Below are positions 47,894-53,581 of a stretch of DNA of 53,581 nucleotides, one piece after another. The translations under genes and the position numbers were made by a program. This DNA is from Patescibacteria group bacterium. Lineage in GTDB: Bacteria > Patescibacteriota > Minisyncoccia > UBA6257 > 2-01-FULL-56-20. Location: the NCBI GenBank assembly GCA_038063055.1, contig JBBTVY010000004.1, forward strand, positions 1 through 53,581, given 5' to 3'. Numbering within the stretch: the first letter of the stretch is position 1; each line of letters opens with the position of its first letter. The notes beneath the pieces are model-generated. The model made no database searches. It had not been told where the DNA came from and saw nothing but the letters and a program-made list of their open reading frames with translations.

Positions 47894-48595
47894 TTAAAGC
47901 CTTCTCCTTTTTAGCTTCTCGAAGTCGTTCAGCGTGAAGAAACCGACTATAGCCACGAAAATTATGGGGTAGAGGAGATTGCTGTAAATGAGTATAAGAT
48001 AATTGAAAACGGCATGCAAGGCGGCGCCGAGAATCAGCCCGGAGATTATGAATTTCCCGCTCTTGAAATTCCTTATCTCAAGAGCCCAGAAATAGCCGAC
48101 GATTGAAGCGGTCAGGGTATGAAGAAGAGTGGTCCCGACGAAACGGAAAGTCGCTATTTCGAATATATCGTTGAAAATTACCGGCGCTCCGTTGCCCAAG
48201 AGGGCTCCGATGTTTTCAACTGTGGCGAATCCCAAAGCCGCGACGGCCATGTAAATCATCGCTTCCACCGGTTCGTCGAAATATTTGCTTTTGGCCACGA
48301 CCAAATAAGCGGCGCAAAATTTCGCCGTTTCTTCGACTATGGCGAAAATAAGTATCAAAAGAGGCGTGAGTTGTATTCCGTCTATGAATTTTTGGGAACA
48401 TCCGTTTAGACGGTAAACAAAGGCGCAACTGATGAACAATTCGACCGCCAGCGCCGCGACCGCCGAAGCCGCTCCGGCGACAAACACGGTCGCTATCATT
48501 TTTTTCGGCTCGGGATGAACTTCTTCCTGGAGATAAAAAAGAAGCCACGTGAAACCGGGTAAAAATCCCAAAAAGATTATTACGAATGTCAGCAT
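47894..48595 (-). CDS. PrsW-family intramembrane protease
   Basis: The product has 7-8 TM helices. EETAKF and the HxxxN-type motif LHAVFN are in the PrsW arrangement. Confidence 0.75.
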   Translation of the reverse strand: MLTFVIIFLGFLPGFTWLLFYLQEEVHPEPKKMIATVFVAGAASAVAALAVELFISCAFVYRLNGCSQKFIDGIQLTPLLILIFAIVEETAKFCAAYLVVAKSKYFDEPVEAMIYMAVAALGFATVENIGALLGNGAPVIFNDIFEIATFRFVGTTLLHTLTASIVGYFWALEIRNFKSGKFIISGLILGAALHAVFNYLILIYSNLLYPIIFVAIVGFFTLNDFEKLKRRRL

Positions 48596-48616
48596 GCCAA
48601 TGTTGTTGCGGTAATC

Positions 48617-51493
48617 TTACCACTCTTCCATCATCAAAAATCCGCCAGCGCGAATTTTTTGGAATATGGCTTCCGTGACGAACGGCATGAACGGATGAAG
48701 CATTTTCAGGCACTCAATAAGTATCGTTTCAAGCGTGGAGTAAGCCGCGGCGGCATCAGATTCTTCTTTAGCGCTCAAGCGCGCCTGCCCGCCGTAGCTT
48801 TGTCCGGCCTTCGCAGCCGAAGCGGCAGCTTCGGCGGAGTAGGCACGAAGGCGGGGCTTATAACTTTCTATTATTTTGTCGGCAAAATTGTGCCAGACAT
48901 AGTGATAAACCGTTTCGGCGGCCAGATGGAATTCGTAGCGTTCAATGTGCCTGCCGACTTTCGCTTTTATTTTTTTGAGTTCGTTAATGTTTTTTTTGTC
49001 GGCTGCGGTTAATTTCACAATACTTCCGCCCGGTTTTTTCGAATTGTTTCGCCCCGGTTTATTCATAAGAATAAACCGGCTTATATTCCATATTTTTGTT
49101 GCGAAGTTTCTGTAGCCCCTTATTTTATCTTCCGAAATGACTATGTCTTTTCCGGCCGTGTTTCCTGCGACGAGCGCGATGCGAAGAGCGTCGCTTCCGT
49201 AAATTTCGGCGACACCGAGCGGGTCTATTACATTACCCTTGGACTTCGACATTTTTATCTTGTCTTTATCCAGAACCAGGCCGTGGAGATAAACGTTTTT
49301 GAAGGGAATCTTCCCAGTCGTGTAAAGTCCGAGCATTACCATCCGCGCAACCCAGAAGAAAAGAATATCGTATCCGGTTTCCATGACGTCGGTCGGATAG
49401 AATGTCTTAAAGTCGTTCGATGTTCGATGTTCGATGTTCGAACGCCAAACTTTTAACTTCGAACTTTGGCCGCTGGCCAAAAGCGTAGCGAATGGCCACT
49501 GCCCGGAAGAGAACCAGGTATCGAAAACATCACTATCCTGTTCATAGAAGTGATTTCCGCATTTCTTGCAAGGCTCAAGCATGTCGAGTTGTATTATCTC
49601 GGCGTTCTTTATGGAGGGCCTCGAAAGCGCTTCCTTTGGGTCAAGATTTTTTATTCGCTTATTGATCATGCGTATCGTTCCGCCATGCGTGACCAAAACA
49701 ACGTTTTTGTGATTGTTTTTTAAATGATGTGAAGAAAAAGCTTTCCACGCGCGTTGTTCTACATCGTAATAACTTTCTCCGCCATTATATTTGTTTTCAT
49801 ACATATAAGGTTTGCGGCCGTGCTTGAATAGTTCTTCTCTATCCATTCCTTCGACTTCGCCGTAGGAACGCTCTCTTAAGTTCTCGTCGATTATAATCTC
49901 CGCTCCAGTTTCTTTTCGGATAACTTCGGCGGTTTGTTGGCAACGCGCTGAATCCGAGGTTATTACGAGGTCGATATTGTAAATTTTTAGCTTTTTAGCC
50001 GCATCTTTTGCCTGATCGAATCCTGTTTGGTTCAGAGAAATATCGGCATGTCCCATAACCCGGTTTTCTTTGTTCCAATCCGTTTCCCCGTGCCTGACCA
50101 GAAACCACCGCGATTTAACATCGGGGTTTATGCTTGGTTCGGAGCAGGAGAGGCAGTACCAGGCGGGGATTCTTATTCCCCAGACGATTTGCCGCGATAT
50201 GTTCCAGTCGCGGATGTTTTTAAGCCAGTGGAGATAAACTTTTTTGCCGCTTTCCGGGCGGAAAGTTATTTTATTTGCGGCTTTTATGGCTTTTTCCGCG
50301 AGCGGTTTTGTTTTAACGAACCACTGCCGAAGAATTCTCGGTTCAAGAACATTTTGGCATTTATAACAGGTGGCTACGGAGTGTTTGTAATTCCGGTCTA
50401 TTTTTGCGAGCAACCCTTCTTTTTCCATATCCTCTTCGATCAGTTTTCTGGCATCGGCTATTTTCAAACCGTGATATCTTTTAGATTTCTCGTTATCGGA
50501 AAACGCGCTTAAGTCCATGCGGCCGTATTGGTCGATTACTTTCTTGGGGGCGGGAATTTCGTTTTCATGCCTTTTCCATATTTCAAAGTCGTTCGGGTCA
50601 TGTGCCGGAGTAACTTTGACCGCGCCGGTGCCGAATTTCATGTCGACTGCGTCGTCGGCGATAACTTTTATTTTCGCCGGTCCAAGAAGCGTTTTTATTT
50701 CTATTTCTTTGCCGACGTATTTCGAATATCTTTTATCTTTCGGATTAACCGCAACCGCCGTATCGCCGAATTTGGTTTCCGGGCGGACTGTTGCCAGCTC
50801 CAATGGGCCGTACTTTATATAATAGAGCGGGTCTTCTCTCTCGATATATTTGGTTTCAAGTTCCGAAAGTGTCGTCTGGTGTTTTGCGCACCAGTTGACT
50901 ATGCGATTGTCGCGGTAGGCCAAGCCGTCCTTATAAAGTTTTTCGAATGTTTGGTAAACGATTTTGACTATATCCGGGTCGAGCGTGAATTTCTCGCGAG
51001 ACCAGTCGCAGGAGGCGCCTAACTTGCGGAGCTGTTCCTCCATTATTTTTTTGTTGGATTGCGTGAATTCCCATATTTCTTTGAAAAGCTGTTCTCTCGG
51101 TATCTCGAACCTGTTTCTTCCTTCTTTGTCGAGTTTTTTGTCGAACACAACCTGCGTTTCGAATCCCGCGTGGTCGGCGCCCGGAAGCCACAAAGTTTTT
51201 CTGCCCTTCATCCGCCAGAAACGGATTAAAATATCCTGAAGAGTTATGAATACAGCGTGGCCGAGATGAAGCGAGCCGTTGGCGTTCGGCGGAGGCATTA
51301 TTATGCAGAACGTTGATTTACGCGGATTTCTGCGCCGATTTGCGCTGATTTTATATCCGCGCTTATCTGCGTTTATATCTGCGCCCATCTGCGGCGAGTT
51401 GTCTGGATTAAAATACCCGGATTTTTCCCAGAGTTTGTATATTTCTCCCTCCGTTTTCCGGTGGTCGTATCTCGGTTCCAAAAGTTCAAGCAT
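48617..51493 (-). CDS. valS: valine--tRNA ligase, 958 aa, with a nested histidine-phosphatase domain and repeat insertions
   Basis: It has PPPNANGSLHLGHA (HIGH), TGAVKVTPAHDPNDFE (editing), WNISRQIVWGIRIPAWYC, DVFDTWFSSG and KMSKSKGN. Confidence 0.96.
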   Translation of the reverse strand: MLELLEPRYDHRKTEGEIYKLWEKSGYFNPDNSPQMGADINADKRGYKISANRRRNPRKSTFCIIMPPPNANGSLHLGHAVFITLQDILIRFWRMKGRKTLWLPGADHAGFETQVVFDKKLDKEGRNRFEIPREQLFKEIWEFTQSNKKIMEEQLRKLGASCDWSREKFTLDPDIVKIVYQTFEKLYKDGLAYRDNRIVNWCAKHQTTLSELETKYIEREDPLYYIKYGPLELATVRPETKFGDTAVAVNPKDKRYSKYVGKEIEIKTLLGPAKIKVIADDAVDMKFGTGAVKVTPAHDPNDFEIWKRHENEIPAPKKVIDQYGRMDLSAFSDNEKSKRYHGLKIADARKLIEEDMEKEGLLAKIDRNYKHSVATCYKCQNVLEPRILRQWFVKTKPLAEKAIKAANKITFRPESGKKVYLHWLKNIRDWNISRQIVWGIRIPAWYCLSCSEPSINPDVKSRWFLVRHGETDWNKENRVMGHADISLNQTGFDQAKDAAKKLKIYNIDLVITSDSARCQQTAEVIRKETGAEIIIDENLRERSYGEVEGMDREELFKHGRKPYMYENKYNGGESYYDVEQRAWKAFSSHHLKNNHKNVVLVTHGGTIRMINKRIKNLDPKEALSRPSIKNAEIIQLDMLEPCKKCGNHFYEQDSDVFDTWFSSGQWPFATLLASGQSSKLKVWRSNIEHRTSNDFKTFYPTDVMETGYDILFFWVARMVMLGLYTTGKIPFKNVYLHGLVLDKDKIKMSKSKGNVIDPLGVAEIYGSDALRIALVAGNTAGKDIVISEDKIRGYRNFATKIWNISRFILMNKPGRNNSKKPGGSIVKLTAADKKNINELKKIKAKVGRHIERYEFHLAAETVYHYVWHNFADKIIESYKPRLRAYSAEAAASAAKAGQSYGGQARLSAKEESDAAAAYSTLETILIECLKMLHPFMPFVTEAIFQKIRAGGFLMMEEW
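49414..49470. repeat. heptamer array (gttcgat)x3-gttcgaa plus partner arm, in frame in valS
   Basis: The sequence tcgttcgatgttcgatgttcgatgttcgaacgccaaacttttaacttcgaac encodes WRSNIEHRTSNDF. Confidence 0.8.
49580..50113 (-). other. histidine phosphatase (phosphoglycerate-mutase-like) domain nested in ValRS (aa ~461-638)
   Basis: It has the RHGETDWN catalytic motif, SDSARCQQTA, ERSYGEVEG and VLVTHGGTIR. It is inserted between CLSC (aa 447-450) and CKKC (aa 642-645) of the ValRS zinc knuckle. Confidence 0.85.
51311..51391. repeat. family-B repeat, in frame in valS (before HIGH)
   Basis: The sequence gcgcagat / atctgcgtttat... encodes QMGADINADKRGYKISANRRRNPRKST. Confidence 0.8.
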
Positions 51494-51675
51494 AAAACAA
51501 TTCTATCGTGATTTCTGGTTTTATGTAAATCCATATGTGACTAGTGGAGCAATTGCGGATAATGCGGATGTAGGCAAAATAACGCAAGTAAGTGATAAGC
51601 GACAAAAGGCACGGAATACAGACGATGAACCATGAATTTTAAAAATCGAGCGGTAAAAACTAATTATATTATAGA

Positions 51676-51695
51676 TGCTGTGACATATCACAGCA
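51676..51695. promoter_or_regulatory. palindromic operator-like site TGCTGTGACATATCACAGCA upstream of the TrpR-like gene
   Basis: It lies 27 nt upstream of ATG 51722. A second, perfect 22-nt copy is at 52155-52176. Confidence 0.55.
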
Positions 51696-51721
51696 CTTGT
51701 CTTTGTGTTAAACTATATTAT

Positions 51722-52135
51722 ATGAATAAAAAGTTTGTTGGTAAGAATAAATTACCAATCATGCCGAAAATTGGCGATTACAATTCCCGCGTCGAATGGG
51801 AAAATGCTTGTTGGCGCAAAATATCGGCGTCAAAAGATACACTTGAGTTACTTTCTACATCTAATGAAAGGCATAATTTAGTCATGCGCGTTACGGTTGT
51901 AAATGCTCTTGCTTCAGGTAAAAGCTATAGGCAAATCAGTAAGGAATTATGGCTTTCGTCGCAAACAATCAGCAGTATCAAAAAAGCATTAACTGAAAAT
52001 AATTATAGAAGTTATCCGGAGCGCAGCAAAAAAGAACGGAAGAAAAAAATCTATAGCTATAGAACAAAAACTGGACGGTCTAAGCCAAGAGGCACGCCGC
52101 ATCGGACAAAATATGGAATTTTATATATGCCATAA
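51722..52135 (+). CDS. TrpR/YerC/YecD-like HTH regulator
   Basis: I start it at ATG 51722. ERHNLVMRVTVVNALASGKSYRQISKELWLSSQTISSIKKAL follows the Trp-repressor-like pattern. Confidence 0.7.
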   Translation: MNKKFVGKNKLPIMPKIGDYNSRVEWENACWRKISASKDTLELLSTSNERHNLVMRVTVVNALASGKSYRQISKELWLSSQTISSIKKALTENNYRSYPERSKKERKKKIYSYRTKTGRSKPRGTPHRTKYGILYMP

Positions 52136-52154
52136 TTGTGCCAATATATCCAAG

Positions 52155-52176
52155 ATGCTGTGATATATCACAGCAT
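52155..52176. promoter_or_regulatory. perfect 22-nt palindrome ATGCTGTGATATATCACAGCAT
   Basis: It lies 20 nt after the TrpR-like stop and has the same half-sites as 51676-51695. Confidence 0.55.
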
Positions 52177-52190
52177 CCAGTAATGCGGCG

Positions 52191-52224
52191 TTTTGTCCAC
52201 TACTACATGTAGTAGTGGACAAAA
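52191..52224. terminator. perfect 34-nt palindrome, bidirectional terminator candidate
   Basis: The sequence is ttttgtccactactaca|tgtagtagtggacaaaa. It lies between the convergent TrpR-like and tsaD genes. Confidence 0.7.
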
Positions 52225-52237
52225 CTAACTGTTGCCA

Positions 52238-53434
52238 TCAAATGTTTAAATATCCCTTTGCTTCGAGTTTGTATTTTTTCTTGCGTGAAAGACCAATATA
52301 AGCGGCGGCGGCTATCATGGCGGCGTTGTCGTTGTTGTATTCTAAATCCGAAACAATAAATTTTATTTCCTTGTCTCTTGCTCGCCTCGCTCCCGCTTCG
52401 CCGAATCGAGGCGAGTCGTTGGCGAAACGGGTCGCTTGCCGCAGGTTACTTCTTAATTTTTTGTTGGCGGCCACGCCTCCGCAGAGGATTATCGAGCGGG
52501 CGCCATATTCCTTTGCCGCGCGCATGGTTTTTACAACGAGAACTTCGATAACCGCCCGCTGGAACGAAGCGGCCACATCAGCGAATAACGAATCTTTTCC
52601 GAATTTACGAATTCGTATATTCGTATTAAATTCGTTATTCGTTGATAGTTTTTTATCTCGCAGATAATAGAACACAGAAGTTTTGAGTCCGGAAAAACTG
52701 AAATCATAATTTTTTTGGTTAAGCATCGGTTTCGGAAAATTTATTGAAGGTTTTTCTCCCTTCGGCATACTCAGGGCGAGACGCTCGATCTCCGGTCCGC
52801 CGGGATAGGGGAGTTCGAGCATTCTGGCTACCTTGTCGAAAGCTTCTCCTGCGGCATCATCCCTTGTTTCTCCGAGCTTTTTCCATACCCTTAGGCTTTT
52901 CATCGCAAGAAGAGCAGTATGCCCGCCGCTTACAAGCAGGGCGATTGCTGGGAACATGTTGGAGGTTCGAGATGTTGGAGGTTCGAGATGTTTGGAGTTC
53001 ATAGTTTTACCCCGAACCCCGAACCTCGAACCTCGAACACTTTTTGGCAGTAAAAAACTGTAGAGATGTCCCTCAAGATGATTGGCGCCGAAAAGCGGCT
53101 TTTTATATTTTTTAGCCAATTCTTCCGCAAAATTTATTCCCGTCCAGAGCGCCGGTTCAAGCCCCGGTCCGACCGTTACCGTTATGAAATCTATGTTCTT
53201 CAAATTCGTTCCCGCAGTTTTTAGTTTTTTGAAAAGAATCGGAAGATTTTTCAAGTGCTCGCGCTTGGCAAGATTGGGAACGACTCCGCCGAACGGCCGG
53301 TGGATTTTTATCTGGGAGCTGACGAGATTTTCCAAAACTTTTATTTTGGGATTTGAAAATCCACCTCCTGCTTCGACAACCGCCAGCCCGGTTTCATCGC
53401 ACGAAGTTTCGACTGCGAGTATGGTTTTTTTCAT
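52238..53434 (-). CDS. tsaD: tRNA N6-adenosine threonylcarbamoyltransferase TsaD with three in-frame repeat insertions
   Basis: I start it at ATG 53434 (MKKTILAVETSCDETG). GANHLEGH, LLVSGGHT and CGGVAAN are present. Confidence 0.93.
   Translation of the reverse strand: MKKTILAVETSCDETGLAVVEAGGGFSNPKIKVLENLVSSQIKIHRPFGGVVPNLAKREHLKNLPILFKKLKTAGTNLKNIDFITVTVGPGLEPALWTGINFAEELAKKYKKPLFGANHLEGHLYSFLLPKSVRGSRFGVRGKTMNSKHLEPPTSRTSNMFPAIALLVSGGHTALLAMKSLRVWKKLGETRDDAAGEAFDKVARMLELPYPGGPEIERLALSMPKGEKPSINFPKPMLNQKNYDFSFSGLKTSVFYYLRDKKLSTNNEFNTNIRIRKFGKDSLFADVAASFQRAVIEVLVVKTMRAAKEYGARSIILCGGVAANKKLRSNLRQATRFANDSPRFGEAGARRARDKEIKFIVSDLEYNNDNAAMIAAAAYIGLSRKKKYKLEAKGYLNI
52582..52641. repeat. 60-nt hairpin element with perfect 12-nt terminal inverted repeats, in frame in tsaD
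   Basis: The ends are cgaataacgaat ... attcgttattcg. The length is exactly 20 codons, encoding TNNEFNTNIRIRKFGKDSLF. Confidence 0.8.
52946..53030. repeat. inverted heptamer arrays (ggaggttcgagatgtt x2 ... ccgaacc x2, tcgaacc x2), in frame in tsaD
   Basis: The arms are complementary (ggttcgaggttcg vs cgaacctcgaacc). The element encodes VRGSRFGVRGKTMNSKHLEPPTSRTSN. Confidence 0.8.
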
Positions 53435-53451
53435 GTAATAACTGATGGCTT

Positions 53452-53527
53452 GCACTGAGCGAGCCTTCGACTTGACTCAGGTCAAGGCGGAACGAGTCGA
53501 AGTGCCCGCACTGAGCGAGTCGAAGTG
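53452..53527. repeat. family-A-related repeats, intergenic (between tsaD and tRNA-Glu)
   Basis: The sequence is gcactgagcgagccttcgacttgactcaggtcaaggcggaacgagtcgaagtgcccgcactgagcgagtcgaagtg. Confidence 0.7.
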
Positions 53528-53581
53528 TAGCCCCGACGGGATTCGAACCCGTGTACCAGGCTTGAAAAGCCTGTGTCCTAG
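53528..53581 (-). tRNA. tRNA-Glu(TTC), 3' two-thirds (5' end beyond window)
   Basis: It has the anticodon stem-loop CAGGC-TTTTCAA-GCCTG, the T-arm ACGGG-TTCGAAT-CCCGT and the acceptor 3' strand CGGGGCT+A. Confidence 0.8.

Overview
This 53.6-kb window reads like a chromosomal segment of a small-genome Candidate Phyla Radiation (Patescibacteria/Parcubacteria-type) bacterium. That placement is an inference from gene content and repeat style. The code appears standard (code 11), with TGA, TAA and TAG all used as stops. All calls come from reading the ORF track and folding RNAs by eye; no searches were run. I count about 55 protein genes and 13 tRNAs (one cut by the window end). I saw no rRNA, no CRISPR array, and no transposase or prophage. 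Layout by coordinate: (1) 1-9.4 kb holds a sugar-phosphate cluster: gap, rpiB, rpe, a split transketolase, a PfkB kinase, an unknown 425-aa protein and a class II FBA. (2) 9.5-24.4 kb holds housekeeping genes: dcd, rplY, a lytic transglycosylase, an M16 peptidase, an AI-2E permease, metG, tatD, VKOR, a giant leuS, FKBP and an SDR. (3) 24.45-28.7 kb holds a riboswitch-like leader followed by a DUF4430 protein, a 928-aa surface protein and a small 6-TM protein, which I read as a corrinoid capture/uptake locus. (4) 28.7-35.6 kb holds tRNA islands interleaved with small nuclease/HTH ORFs, uppS, a CYTH protein, pyrB and a frameshifted EEP nuclease. (5) 36.4-40.5 kb holds folD, glyA, a P-loop kinase and a pterin dehydratase. 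(6) 40.6-44.8 kb holds infA-rpmJ-rpsM-rpsK-rpsD-rpoA-rplQ-rplM-rpsI. (7) 44.9-53.6 kb holds a PEGA protein, rpmB, hsp20, PrsW, a giant valS, a TrpR-like regulator and tsaD. The most interesting observations are these. (a) The B12-riboswitch-like operon is built from transcobalamin-like modules. (b) LeuRS carries nested alpha/beta-hydrolase and Nudix domains, and ValRS carries a nested histidine-phosphatase domain. (c) Several families of short hairpin or heptamer repeats sit in intergenic DNA and also in frame inside essential genes. (d) Four intact tRNAs are each preceded by a decayed copy of their own 5' half, and two of these flank endonuclease-like ORFs. (e) Some tRNAs have conserved leader/trailer helices and a conserved trailer module. 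(f) There are two promoter-plus-terminator-bounded candidate small RNAs of unknown class.
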